A stretch of DNA of 38,697 bases, taken from a virus. Taxonomy: Duplodnaviria; Caudoviricetes. The notes under the pieces were generated by a model. It had not been told where the DNA came from and made no database searches. It saw only the letters and a list, made by a program, of their open reading frames with translations. A program made the translations under genes and the position numbers. Each line of letters opens with the position of its first letter. Within the stretch, counting starts at the first letter, position 1. The DNA lies in IMG/VR virus record IMGVR_UViG_3300026975_000005, positions 1 to 38,697 of that record. One strand, written 5' to 3'. Below, piece after piece: positions 1-8,723 of this stretch.

Positions 1-2
1 TG

Positions 3-32
3 TTGACAGTCGCTTCAGGATTCGGCTAGAAA
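3..32 (+). promoter_or_regulatory. sigma70-like promoter of the tRNA
   Basis: TTGACA at 3-8, 18-nt spacer, TAGAAA at 27-32, 18 nt before the tRNA. Confidence 0.45.
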
Positions 33-50
33 ATTTCTTCCCAACGACGT

Positions 51-126
<76 letters not shown>

Positions 127-134
127 ATGATTAT

Positions 135-169
135 AAAGGCTTAGAAGGTTTTCCTTCTAAGCCTTTTTT
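135..169 (+). terminator. intrinsic terminator after the tRNA
   Basis: 14-bp stem AAAGGCTTAGAAGG/CCTTCTAAGCCTTT with TTTT loop, ending in a T run. Confidence 0.85.
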
Positions 170-173
170 CGTG

Positions 174-196
174 GAATATACAAAAGAATATACAAA
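174..196. repeat. tandem 11-bp direct repeat, integrase arm-type-site-like (island att end)
   Basis: GAATATACAAA at 174-184 and 186-196, just downstream of the tRNA 3' end and terminator; arm-site role is inferred. Confidence 0.5.
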
Positions 197-249
197 CGAA
201 ATCGAAGTATGAAGATCGTTTAGAGTGAAAAGTGATTGGTCCACCTTAA

Positions 250-254
250 AACGC
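250..254 (+). repeat. left 5-bp target-site duplication AACGC
   Basis: identical to 37178-37182; abuts the TG terminus at 255. Confidence 0.85.
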
Positions 255-302
255 TGTAAGCTGACATACAACTTGAGAAATTCGGCCACGTAAGTTGAGA
301 AA
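255..302 (+). repeat. Mu right end (attR): TG terminus and transposase sites R1/R2
   Basis: TGTAAGC, then TGACATACAACTTGAGAAA (262-280) and GGCCACGTAAGTTGAGAAA (284-302), 22-bp period as in Mu R1-R2. Confidence 0.8.
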
Positions 303-319
303 TCTTGCGTGGCCGAATT
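279..319 (+). repeat. 16-bp inverted repeat overlapping R2
   Basis: AATTCGGCCACGTAAG (279-294) / CTTGCGTGGCCGAATT (304-319), with one U-G pair on the + strand. Confidence 0.7.
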
Positions 320-436
320 CTTGTTTGGCACGGGGTGTGCTTCGCGTGCGCGTTGGTTGTGGGGGGTAGAGGGTCCAGTTTGCAAGGGTTTTCTGTAGCG
401 CGGCATTCCTTTTTAGCACTTGCGGCATTTCATTCT

Positions 437-468
437 AACACCCCCGGACATCTCTCCGGGGGTGTTTT
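437..468. terminator. probable terminator hairpin downstream of the methyltransferase
   Basis: 12-bp stem AACACCCCCGGA/TCCGGGGGTGTT, 6-nt loop, about 20 nt past the MTase stop; the T run is stronger on +. Confidence 0.6.
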
Positions 469-486
469 CAATCTGCGAGCCTGAAG

Positions 487-1224
487 TCACTCCACACCAT
501 TGTAAACGAGTCCTCCGAGACGTTCCACGGCCACGTCGAAATAAGCCTCAGTCATCTCGATCCCGACGAATTTTCGGGCCGTTTCCAAGCAGGCATGTCC
601 GGTGGACCCCGATCCCATGAACGGGTCCAAAATGCGACCACCCTCCGGCGTAATTTCCAAAAGGTCATGCAGTAATGCCACCGGCTTTTCGGTCATGTGT
701 CTGCGAGATGGCCCGGAGACGATACCCTTCCGGAAAACGCCGGGCAGGCACCTGTCATGGGGCGGTTTAAATTTACCCTTTACGCCCACCAAGACATATT
801 CGCATTGGTTTTTGAATTCCCCACGGCTCGGACGGGCCGTGGGCTTGTCCCATACGACAATACGTCTCCATGTCCAGCCGCCCGCTTGTAGGGCATCGCT
901 CATGTTGGGCAGCTGCCGCCAGTCGGTAAACACCATGCAGGTTGCGCCGGGCTTGGCCACCCGGTAGCACTCAGCCAGCCAAAAGGTCGCCCAAGTCAGG
1001 AATGACCTTTGATCCCGAGAATCGCCTGGGAACTCAGGAAATCTCTGTTTCACACCGGTCGATTGATACTTTTCCGATGTCAAGCGCTGCTTCGACCCGG
1101 TAGTAACCCCTCCGCTGGAATACGGCGGATCAGTCAAGACGGCGTCAACACTGTTTTCCTCCAGCATCCTGAGGATATTCAGGGAATCCCCTTTGTAAAC
1201 TTTTGCATCGCCAATTTTCATCAT
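487..1224 (-). CDS. DNA N6-adenine/N4-cytosine methyltransferase (beta class) in the mom position
   Basis: motif IV DPPY near the N-terminus, motif I LDPFMGSGSTG near the C-terminus, HMTEKP; start overlaps the com stop. Confidence 0.93.
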   Translation of the reverse strand: MMKIGDAKVYKGDSLNILRMLEENSVDAVLTDPPYSSGGVTTGSKQRLTSEKYQSTGVKQRFPEFPGDSRDQRSFLTWATFWLAECYRVAKPGATCMVFTDWRQLPNMSDALQAGGWTWRRIVVWDKPTARPSRGEFKNQCEYVLVGVKGKFKPPHDRCLPGVFRKGIVSGPSRRHMTEKPVALLHDLLEITPEGGRILDPFMGSGSTGHACLETARKFVGIEMTEAYFDVAVERLGGLVYNGVE

Positions 1225-1382
1225 TTATCTTGCTCCGAGCGGTCCTCCTGGGACTCTCGGCAGGGACTCTCGGTCCTCAATCTGTTTTGTGTTTTGCATC
1301 GCGGACACCGGATTTCCAAGGCTCCACTGATGGCTTCCCTTGCCAGCAGTTTGCCGCATTTACGGCAACGAAACTCCTTCAT
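1221..1382 (-). CDS. com: Mu Com-family zinc-finger translational regulator (53 aa)
   Basis: MKEFRCRKCGKLLA...LEIRCPRCKTQN, CxxC..CxxC; ATG at 1382 chosen over the 1550 ORF start; last-but-one gene as in Mu. Confidence 0.88.
   Translation of the reverse strand: MKEFRCRKCGKLLAREAISGALEIRCPRCKTQNRLRTESPCRESQEDRSEQDK
1241..1278 (-). promoter_or_regulatory. putative Com-binding mRNA operator (4 x GAGNNCC)
   Basis: mRNA GAGGACC-ga-GAGTCCC-tgccga-GAGTCCC-ag-GAGGACC, ending 16 nt before the MTase ATG. Confidence 0.6.
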
Positions 1383-1627
1383 TTTTATCACTTCTTTACG
1401 GTTACCCCGGTAATCGCTATGACTTCCTTGCCTGTACAGGTGCATGGAACAGCGGAAACTCTGCGGGCGGTGGGAGCCGTCCGTGGGGCCGTGGTCCGGC
1501 GTGTGTGCGCTGGGTCGGTGGGGCGTTACAGCGCCCCGCCTGTTCCTCATGGTGGCCCGCCAGATATATTTCGGCGGGCCTTGTCTGTTCTGTTTTTCCT
1601 ATTTAATTGTCAAAGAGTGGCTATCTA

Positions 1628-2263
1628 TTATGTAGTGGCCTCGCCCGGTGCGTCCGGCCATGGCACGGCAGTCAAATCTCCAGCCCACGGGAAACCGGTC
1701 TGCTGGGGGATGTCGCGCAGGGCTTGGCGGTAGGTTGTCCAGTTCCTTTGCGTTATGTCATTTAGTGAGGCGTCAGCCAATTGTGTCCAATCGCATTCCG
1801 CCAACAGTCGGTCCCGTTCTACACGAATTGCGGTGGCTTGGCGGTCCGTATTCTCTCCCCACTCCCCGGCCTCGGCATTCCATACGCTATAAACTCCATA
1901 GGGCGGCCCGCTAGGCGTATAGGCATTGGGCACGTCAGCGCCTGCCGAGATATACATCTGCTCGCGGTTTTGCTTGTGCCACACCGGGGTCTTAGCCACC
2001 GGATCGGGATAGGTAATCTCGATCACACCGTCCTCGGTGGTGGTCTCCACCGAATCGCCCGCGTCGTACTGGTTGGGATCGGCGCAGGACGGGGTGATGC
2101 GGATCGGCGTCACGTTAACCGCTCTCAGCCGTGCAATCCACTCGGCATCGGTTTCGCCGTCGCGTTGGGCCAGATAGCTGGCCGGGATGGTGCTGTCATT
2201 GTGGACAAACTGCCGGGCCGAGCTTCGGCTATCGTCGGGGTATAGGTATTGAAAAAACTGCAT
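1628..2263 (-). CDS. tail fibre assembly chaperone
   Basis: C-terminal IRVERDRLLAECDWTQLAD...WTTYRQALRDIPQQTGFPW...WP motif; follows the fibre genes. Confidence 0.85.
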   Translation of the reverse strand: MQFFQYLYPDDSRSSARQFVHNDSTIPASYLAQRDGETDAEWIARLRAVNVTPIRITPSCADPNQYDAGDSVETTTEDGVIEITYPDPVAKTPVWHKQNREQMYISAGADVPNAYTPSGPPYGVYSVWNAEAGEWGENTDRQATAIRVERDRLLAECDWTQLADASLNDITQRNWTTYRQALRDIPQQTGFPWAGDLTAVPWPDAPGEATT

Positions 2264-2265
2264 GT

Positions 2266-3426
2266 CTAACTCCTTGGATCAATTTTGTGGGGACCGATCA
2301 CCGAACCGTCGCCGCCGGGCGCGCCGGTGATTTTTGTTGCCGACCCGACGCCGCCGAGCCCCCCCGCGGCCTCAATTGTGCCGGTAAACTGGTTGCTCCC
2401 CGCGTACAGGGCCACGGTAACGCCGCCTCCCGATCCGCCGCCGCCGGAGGTGTTGACTGTATGGCCGCCGCCCTTGCTGCCGTTGTTGCTGATCGTGCCG
2501 CTCCCGAGCAGGTCGCCCCCGACAATCAGCAACAACAGCGCACCGGTGCCGTCCTCGGCGGATTTCGACGGCGATTTGGATACGCCTGCGGGATTGCCTG
2601 CGCCACCGCCGCCGCCGGAGTTGTCGGCGCATCGTCCCGTGCCGCCCGCTCCGCCGTAGTCGGCTCCACTGTCGGCGGTCACGTCTTGGCAACCGCCACC
2701 GCCCACGCCCCCGGAAAAACATGTCCCGGCGCTACCAAATCCCGGCGCTGCACGGACCCCCGATCCGGCGCCTCCGCCTCCCGTACCGTTTGTCGCAGTT
2801 CCGCCAGCCCGGCCGGTACGGGGGGACCCGCTTGTCGGCGCTGTGCCTCCCGATCCGCCCACGCGGGGGATATTGATCACGAGGCCGTCGCCCTGGACAA
2901 CGGGCTGATTGGCCTCGGCTGCGACGGCCGCCAATCCGCACCCCCTCATCAGATTGGCGGAGGTGTCGCTGTCGGTGCAGCCTTCGGCCAGCCTGCGGAT
3001 GGTAATGCCGTCCTCCGGCACGGCTTGGCCGTCCGTGGAGGCTACCGGCGTGTCGTCCGTGGTCTCGGCGTCTGCCGGGTTGGCATGGCACCCCCGCGCC
3101 GTCAGGGTTATGGTCCCGTGGTTGGCCATGTTCGATTGGGTATAGAAGAGCAGCCCCCGGCACCGATTGGCGACGGTCAGGATGTAGCCAGCATCAACAG
3201 TCAGGGACTGGGCGTTGACCACGACCACGTCACCATCCTGCACGGATGGGATGTACACGACTTTGTCGATCAACAGCCACGTGGAAATGGTGGCCCACGT
3301 CACGCCGCCGTCAAACGACTGCTCCGCGCCCTGCGCGCCGATGCGAATATCTCCGTCGCTGCCATCGCCAAACCAGTTGCGCGGCCCGGATTTGCCGCCC
3401 AGGATTTTGCGTCTGAGCCACGGCAT
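2266..3426 (-). CDS. glycine-rich tail fibre / receptor-binding protein
   Basis: FGDGSDG start and many GGxGG repeats; lies between the fibre N-terminal gene and the chaperone. Confidence 0.7.
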   Translation of the reverse strand: MPWLRRKILGGKSGPRNWFGDGSDGDIRIGAQGAEQSFDGGVTWATISTWLLIDKVVYIPSVQDGDVVVVNAQSLTVDAGYILTVANRCRGLLFYTQSNMANHGTITLTARGCHANPADAETTDDTPVASTDGQAVPEDGITIRRLAEGCTDSDTSANLMRGCGLAAVAAEANQPVVQGDGLVINIPRVGGSGGTAPTSGSPRTGRAGGTATNGTGGGGAGSGVRAAPGFGSAGTCFSGGVGGGGCQDVTADSGADYGGAGGTGRCADNSGGGGGAGNPAGVSKSPSKSAEDGTGALLLLIVGGDLLGSGTISNNGSKGGGHTVNTSGGGGSGGGVTVALYAGSNQFTGTIEAAGGLGGVGSATKITGAPGGDGSVIGPHKIDPRS

Positions 3427-4343
3427 CAGCTTGCCGCCTTATAATTGTAGTCCACGCTAGCCAACACGGCCGTCTTGCCGTTCGACGGATTGGTAACGGG
3501 AGCCAGATAGATACGGTCTTCGGCATAGCGATCAGTTGACGCTTCATATGCCGCACCGTCCGGCCAACACCAACTGGCGGGCGTGGCGCAGGCGTGGCCG
3601 CCAATCTCGTCCTGCACTATGGTGAGATCGTAGGCCCCACCTGGCAGGGCGTTTGTAACGGTCATGGAGGTGACATCGGTGGTCAACAATAGCGTGGCGC
3701 TGGGTTGTGCTTCGCAGTCCCAGGTCACGGTCTTATTGGTGATGGTAAGGACGGTTTGAGCATAGCGTTGGGATTTATTCCACTGATGCGAGTCCGGCAG
3801 CAGGTCCGTAATCTCGTCTGTTAGATGGTTGTGAACATCTTTGGCATATTTGCCCAGTAACGTGGCATGTGCATCTTTAGATGTATTGTGTTCCTTAATC
3901 TTCGTTTCCACATGGTCCTGGCTTGCCAGCACCTTGGTCGTGTCCACGGTCAGGCTGATATTGTCGGTGCTGGCGAACTTGACTGGCCCGACGATGACCA
4001 GTTCGACTTTGTCCGGGGATTCCGGGGCGGGCTTCCATGTTTCGGGATGCCCGCCAACGGCCAGGAGCGTGTCATCGGCATAAATGGCGACTTCGCGGAT
4101 GTACCAGCCGCCCACAGTGATGGGGACGTGGCCCGTAAATTCAACCTCGCCGGATGCGGTTTTTTCGATGTTTTGCAACTCGCCACGCCATGTCTCATTG
4201 ACCAGCGCTTCGGACGTGTCCGTGTGGGCGACAGTCGCGCCGCCGCCGTCGCCGACGGCCAGATGTGTGGCCTGCAACTTGACGCCGGTCGTTTCGGACT
4301 GCGCGTAGGCGTCCCTTCCGGCTTCCGTGAGAATCAAAGACAT
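3426..4343 (-). CDS. tail fibre/collar protein (DUF3751-like N-terminus)
   Basis: LTEAG...AVGDGGG...LVNETWR...GGWYIREVAIY...L.AVG.HPETWKP; SD AAGGAGG before ATG 4343. Confidence 0.85.
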   Translation of the reverse strand: MSLILTEAGRDAYAQSETTGVKLQATHLAVGDGGGATVAHTDTSEALVNETWRGELQNIEKTASGEVEFTGHVPITVGGWYIREVAIYADDTLLAVGGHPETWKPAPESPDKVELVIVGPVKFASTDNISLTVDTTKVLASQDHVETKIKEHNTSKDAHATLLGKYAKDVHNHLTDEITDLLPDSHQWNKSQRYAQTVLTITNKTVTWDCEAQPSATLLLTTDVTSMTVTNALPGGAYDLTIVQDEIGGHACATPASWCWPDGAAYEASTDRYAEDRIYLAPVTNPSNGKTAVLASVDYNYKAAS

Positions 4344-4353
4344 GTATTCCTCC

Positions 4354-4998
4354 TTATGTGCGGACACGGATGACGGTATGGGTGTACCCGCCGCAATAGA
4401 CCGTGCCGATCATGCGTATGGATGTTGTGCGTTCCGGTGTCAGCCGGACGCGGATTGTCGTATACGTGATACCCCCCGCATAAACGGTGCCGGGGATAGA
4501 GCTTGTCGCCTGGATACCGGCCAGTATGGACCGGGCGGGCTTGGTTTCATTCGCCACCCAGCCGATACGCTGATAGTCCTTTGCTTCAAGCCCACTCTCT
4601 TGGATAGGCACCTTGGGCTTGAACTCGGCCCAGCGCTTTTCGTCTTCATGCCGGACGTTGAGCATTTCGATATCGGGATAGCCGAGGTGGGCCAGGATTT
4701 GCGGCATGCCGAGTTGCCCGCCACCGAGTCGTTGCCATGCAAAAGCGCGGATGCAGCGCTCGCGGTATTGTTCGTCCGTTTCCGAGGCGTATTGGGTGAT
4801 GCCCCGGCTTGCGGCGTGCTGTGGGATCATGTCCGGCTCGCACGTCCACGGGTTGAACTGGTTGCGGAGCCAGATGATATCCTGCCGGACTTCATCCATG
4901 ACGCGGGCCAGCCCTTCCACCAGCGCGGCGAGCGGGCCGGGCCGGTGGATGAGCGGCCAACGCAGGGTTTTGAAAAAGTAGTTCTTGAAGACAGACAT
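4354..4998 (-). CDS. baseplate wedge/tail protein (P2 gpI / Mu gp48-like)
   Basis: follows baseplate J; SRGI...ETDEQYRER, RWAEF, KPARS motifs. Confidence 0.75.
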   Translation of the reverse strand: MSVFKNYFFKTLRWPLIHRPGPLAALVEGLARVMDEVRQDIIWLRNQFNPWTCEPDMIPQHAASRGITQYASETDEQYRERCIRAFAWQRLGGGQLGMPQILAHLGYPDIEMLNVRHEDEKRWAEFKPKVPIQESGLEAKDYQRIGWVANETKPARSILAGIQATSSIPGTVYAGGITYTTIRVRLTPERTTSIRMIGTVYCGGYTHTVIRVRT

Positions 4999-5001
4999 TC
5001 C

Positions 5002-6192
5002 CTATTCCTCGCTGGCTTCGGTAGCCGTCAGGGTGAGGCTTCCGAGGGTGGCAAGCGCGTCCTGCGCCACAACGGTGTCGGCGCTGGGCGAGGTCCACTC
5101 GACTTTCTTGACGCCGGTCACGCCCATGACGGCGGCGGTGAGACGGTCCAGGGTGACGTCCTCGCCGATCTGGAGCGGGTCTATCCCGGAAACGCTTGTG
5201 GGGTCGGTGAACAGGGCGCGGATGCGTTGGGACGCATCGGCGATAGCCGTGTCGGCATGGGTGCCGGGGGTGAGGATCAGTGTGCCTGCGATGGCGAGCG
5301 GCACGGCCTGCGGGCCACGCGCCTCCCAGTCATCATTTACCGGCGGTCCGGCCTGGACATCGTCGGGTTGTGCGCCACCGGCAACGGCCTGTCGGACCGC
5401 TTCCAGCAGAGAATCGGTGGGGATGCCCGCCGCGCCCTTGACGATGACGTCGACCGTGCCCTCACCGCGTGGGTGTTGGTCCAACACCTTGACGGCCACA
5501 GTGCCGGTCACGGACAGCGCCCACGAGGCGTAGGCGTACTTGGTCATGCCGTTGTTGCCCAGCCAGCGCAGGACGTAGCGCTCCTGCAACTTTTCCAGCG
5601 TTTCGATGTCGGAACCTTCGGAGGTGAGCCAATCGGCGGAGTTGGTCACGGCGTCCACGCCGGAGATGGTTGTCACCATTTCGGTGATCTGCCCCGCCGA
5701 GGCATTCGACGCCACGCCGTATTCTTCGGCCTCGACCGGGACCGCGACTTCGTTCATGCCGTTTTGGATAACCGCGTCCTCGGTGGTGACGTAGCGGTAG
5801 ACGTTCCCGGCCCCGTCCGTTTGCGTGCGGACGATCTTGCCTTTGGGGATCGGCACATTGCCGGAGGTGGACACGCGGGCGAACCGGACAACGCCGAGGG
5901 CCTTGGTCGCCTGCTTGCGCGGTGCTTCGACCTGTTCGGCGTGCCACTCCATCCACTCTTCATCGGTGGTGGTTTTAGGGGCAGCTTGTTCAAATACGGA
6001 AGCCAGGAGCTGGTAGAGCTGGTAGAGTCCCCAGCAGAAAATCTCCAACAGGCCACGGACCACGCCCTTGTTGAGGTTCAGGCGGGCAGGCAGCCAGCCC
6101 TTGGCCGCGTACTCCTCCAACACATCCTCAACATGGCCGAAAACCATGGTGCGAACGTCGTCGAGGGTCTTAGATAACTGCGGGGTCGACAT
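5002..6192 (-). CDS. baseplate J / Mu gp47 family protein
   Basis: RKQATKA.G.VRF, G.ASN, GSDIET.E.L.ER, Y..WALSVTG, RGEGTVDV. Confidence 0.9.
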   Translation of the reverse strand: MSTPQLSKTLDDVRTMVFGHVEDVLEEYAAKGWLPARLNLNKGVVRGLLEIFCWGLYQLYQLLASVFEQAAPKTTTDEEWMEWHAEQVEAPRKQATKALGVVRFARVSTSGNVPIPKGKIVRTQTDGAGNVYRYVTTEDAVIQNGMNEVAVPVEAEEYGVASNASAGQITEMVTTISGVDAVTNSADWLTSEGSDIETLEKLQERYVLRWLGNNGMTKYAYASWALSVTGTVAVKVLDQHPRGEGTVDVIVKGAAGIPTDSLLEAVRQAVAGGAQPDDVQAGPPVNDDWEARGPQAVPLAIAGTLILTPGTHADTAIADASQRIRALFTDPTSVSGIDPLQIGEDVTLDRLTAAVMGVTGVKKVEWTSPSADTVVAQDALATLGSLTLTATEASEE

Positions 6193-6604
6193 CCTTAATC
6201 ACCATTTCCTTTTTGGGCTTATCTACTGTAATAACAAGGTTTTCCGTATGGTCGGTGTCGATAAAATCAAACGAGGCCTCGGCCTGGATGGACGTCTCGT
6301 CCCAATCCGTGACCGAGCAGGACACGGTGCCGGGCTGGATGCGCGGGTCCAGATTCAGCCGGCGCTTAACCTCGGCGGCAAAGCCGATCCGGTTCTCTTC
6401 GGTGTTGTCCTCGTATATCCAGTCGGGCAGGAGCGAGCCGAAATTCTTGTCATAGAAGAGGGAAGCGAGGTATGTGAACAGCCTGAGTTTGACGTCCTGC
6501 AGGCCTGTTTCGGTGCCGACCGTGAGCACCAGCTCACCATTGGCGGCAACGCGGGCCTGCATGGATTCGTCGAGGGCTATGTCTTGGCCGAAGATGTCAG
6601 TCAT
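6170..6604 (-). CDS. baseplate wedge subunit (gpW/gp25, Mu gp46-like)
   Basis: RLFT...LFYDKNFGS, DPRI; lies immediately upstream of baseplate J. Confidence 0.8.
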   Translation of the reverse strand: MTDIFGQDIALDESMQARVAANGELVLTVGTETGLQDVKLRLFTYLASLFYDKNFGSLLPDWIYEDNTEENRIGFAAEVKRRLNLDPRIQPGTVSCSVTDWDETSIQAEASFDFIDTDHTENLVITVDKPKKEMVIKDVDPAVI

Positions 6605-6638
6605 CAAGCATTCCTTACAAAACAGGAGATATTACTCT

Positions 6639-7211
6639 GTGCATCTGAACAGAAAATACCAACTCGATTTTTTGCATAAGCTTGCGGGATGTTACCCAGA
6701 TTATATGCCGGGGGAGATGGTTCAAAACGATGCACTTGAATGGTGCGAGAAAGAGAATTGCTCCCCTTGTCATGTTGGAATTTACACAGGTCGCCACTCC
6801 AGATTTGCGACCGGCAATATTCACTATCTTGCTGAACATGAATTGATAGAATTCGGTTCGGAAACATCCATCAATAAGAGCTATTGGGGAGATACTCATA
6901 AACGGCTTATTATTCTGGACACCAAGATTACGGCAACAGGTCTTGATTTTATTGAAAATGACGGAGGTCTTTCCGCCATTCTCAACACCGTGACGGTCAA
7001 ATTTGACGTGGACAACGTCCGGGAGCTGGTTGCGGCTGGACTGCTTACAGCCCATGTGCCGGAGGACAAGCAAGGCGTTTTGAATAAGGCGATTCGGGAA
7101 GCGCCCGGCACGATGCTGCAAACGGCTGTTTCCAAGATGGTCGAAAAAGGCATGAGTGACCCGATGGGCACGGCCAAGGCCGTAGCCGGATTGTTTGGCA
7201 TAGCTTGGTAA
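6639..7211 (+). CDS. antisense moron, hypothetical protein with winged-helix-like features (190 aa)
   Basis: GTG at 6639 with SD AGGAG at 6624-6628; NIHYLAEHELIE...KITATGLDFIENDGGLSAIL; AT-richer and on the opposite strand within the baseplate operon. Confidence 0.75.
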   Translation: MHLNRKYQLDFLHKLAGCYPDYMPGEMVQNDALEWCEKENCSPCHVGIYTGRHSRFATGNIHYLAEHELIEFGSETSINKSYWGDTHKRLIILDTKITATGLDFIENDGGLSAILNTVTVKFDVDNVRELVAAGLLTAHVPEDKQGVLNKAIREAPGTMLQTAVSKMVEKGMSDPMGTAKAVAGLFGIAW

Positions 7212-7213
7212 CA

Positions 7214-7939
7214 TTATATTTCCCCTCCGCTTCGGCTTCCGGCGTTGCTGTTGCCGGAGGTGTCTAGATTGCCGCCGATCTCCACGTCATCCAGCACCGT
7301 GAGACGTGTGCAAACCATCGGGCCGACCAGTTGATAGCTTCCTTCCTGTTGGGTGTTCGCCTTGCATGTGACATTGCCGACCATTCCACCGGGGCCGGAG
7401 GACTGGACATTGCCCTGCTGAATGATGAGCGGGCATTTCAGCGTCCAGACCTTGCCGATGGTTTCGGTTTTGCTGTCGCCGATCTCAATGGTGCTATTGG
7501 CCGGGGTGATCTGGATAATGTTCTTCCCGGCGTCGATTTTGATATATGTGCCGTCGCTGTGATGGATGACGTAGGCCCCGACCTCACAGGCCGGTGCGCC
7601 GTTGCCGGTCCAGCGGAAATTTGAGATGCGCGGAAAGTCCGGGTCGCCGTCGTAGTATTCGAGGTCGCAAAGGGAATCCACGAGCGGCGGGCAGACCACG
7701 CCGCGATTCGGCCCGGCCCACATGATGGGGATTTCCACGCGGGGAATCACCGGCTCGTTTTCGTCCACGGAATCGTCGTTGCGAAGTGGCTGCACGTCGG
7801 CCCAATACCGGCCATCTTCCGCCGGGTAGGTGGCGACGATCTTGGCCTTGCGCACCACGCGATAGTAGGCGCGGAGATTAGGCATGACGATCTCGACAAC
7901 GCGCTTGAGGAGCGCCTTCAGGTCGGAGGGATTAGCCAC
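7214..7939 (-). CDS. baseplate central spike (gpV / Mu gp45-like)
   Basis: GTG 7939 with SD GGGAGG; OB-fold-like ADVQPL...IPRVEIP...YYDGDPDFP followed by beta-repeat C-terminus. Confidence 0.75.
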   Translation of the reverse strand: MANPSDLKALLKRVVEIVMPNLRAYYRVVRKAKIVATYPAEDGRYWADVQPLRNDDSVDENEPVIPRVEIPIMWAGPNRGVVCPPLVDSLCDLEYYDGDPDFPRISNFRWTGNGAPACEVGAYVIHHSDGTYIKIDAGKNIIQITPANSTIEIGDSKTETIGKVWTLKCPLIIQQGNVQSSGPGGMVGNVTCKANTQQEGSYQLVGPMVCTRLTVLDDVEIGGNLDTSGNSNAGSRSGGEI

Positions 7940-8723
7940 GTTCCCTCCCGTATCTGATTTTGGTCTTGATCCGTTCGGGCGTGACCGAATGGCGTACGTC
8001 CAGCGCCCGGTATGCCGAGTCGACATCGAGGCGCGTATCAATCAGCCGGAACCGGCGGGAATGGGACAGGCCCGGCAGCAAGGTGGTTTCCACCAGATGG
8101 AGGCCGTTTTTCTTATGGGCGGGCAGATGACGAATCAGGTTTTCACCAGTGGCGATCACCGGCACATCGCCGTCCTCATCAAAATCGCCGAGGTTGAGGC
8201 CGTCGGCTCCGAGCCAGAGCGCGGTCCGGTTCATGTTGTGGCCGTAGGCGCGTTTCAGGGTATGGAGCAGTTGCAGCACGGCCTGCCAGACCGGCAGTGT
8301 GGCAATGGGAAGGCGCGGGATGGGGTCCTGGGGGATGTCTATCCTGCCAATGGACAGGCCCGCGTGCGCCATGATGTGGCGGGCAACGGACAGGCTTGAA
8401 TCGTCGGTATAGCATTCCGTAATAAACGAGCTTACCAAGGGCAAAGCGAGGCTGTCGGCGGTCAGACAGATTTGATCACGGGAGACGCGGTCCAGGGCGC
8501 GGAGCGTGCCTGTCCACACGGCGGATTCGCCGCCACGGTAGCCGTACTCGATGCGCACCGATTCGCCGTACGTGAACGTATTCCCGGCCTCGCCTTCGGG
8601 GTCCGGGACATGGATGCAGGCCATATCCAGTGGATGGTGCCGGACGGACGTGATCTCGAAACGGGGGCAGCGCTGGATAATGGCCCCGCCGATCTCCACA
8701 TGCAGACGGATACCGGCAATCAT
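7932..8723 (-). CDS. baseplate hub protein (gpD / Mu gp44-like)
   Basis: V.IEYGY......WTG motif; position before the spike gene. Confidence 0.65.
   Translation of the reverse strand: MIAGIRLHVEIGGAIIQRCPRFEITSVRHHPLDMACIHVPDPEGEAGNTFTYGESVRIEYGYRGGESAVWTGTLRALDRVSRDQICLTADSLALPLVSSFITECYTDDSSLSVARHIMAHAGLSIGRIDIPQDPIPRLPIATLPVWQAVLQLLHTLKRAYGHNMNRTALWLGADGLNLGDFDEDGDVPVIATGENLIRHLPAHKKNGLHLVETTLLPGLSHSRRFRLIDTRLDVDSAYRALDVRHSVTPERIKTKIRYGRERG

Noticed and set aside
249-254. 6-bp TSD AAACGC (also at 37177-37182)
   Set aside because: It would put the right terminus 6 nt from its site and break the TGTA/TATA symmetry; 5 bp fits both ends and Mu chemistry, though 6 bp is not formally excluded
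1383-1550. 56-codon N-terminal extension of com in the ORF track
   Set aside because: Com similarity begins at ATG 1382; the extension crosses the structured leader
1628-4343. invertible G segment or diversity-generating retroelement at the tail fibre locus
   Set aside because: No invertase, no inverted duplicate fibre genes, no reverse transcriptase, and no template/variable repeat pair seen
4327-6177. 616-aa plus-strand ORF (likewise 2131..3444, 9172..10551, 14367..15689, 17367..18731, 21060..22634, 23636..24748)
   Set aside because: Antisense shadows of well-supported minus-strand phage genes in GC-rich DNA; no motifs recognised
6474-6638. longer start for the plus-strand moron, and the overlapping minus ORF 6615..7214
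   Set aside because: The longer start overlaps the wedge gene, while GTG 6639 has an SD; the minus ORF is its shadow
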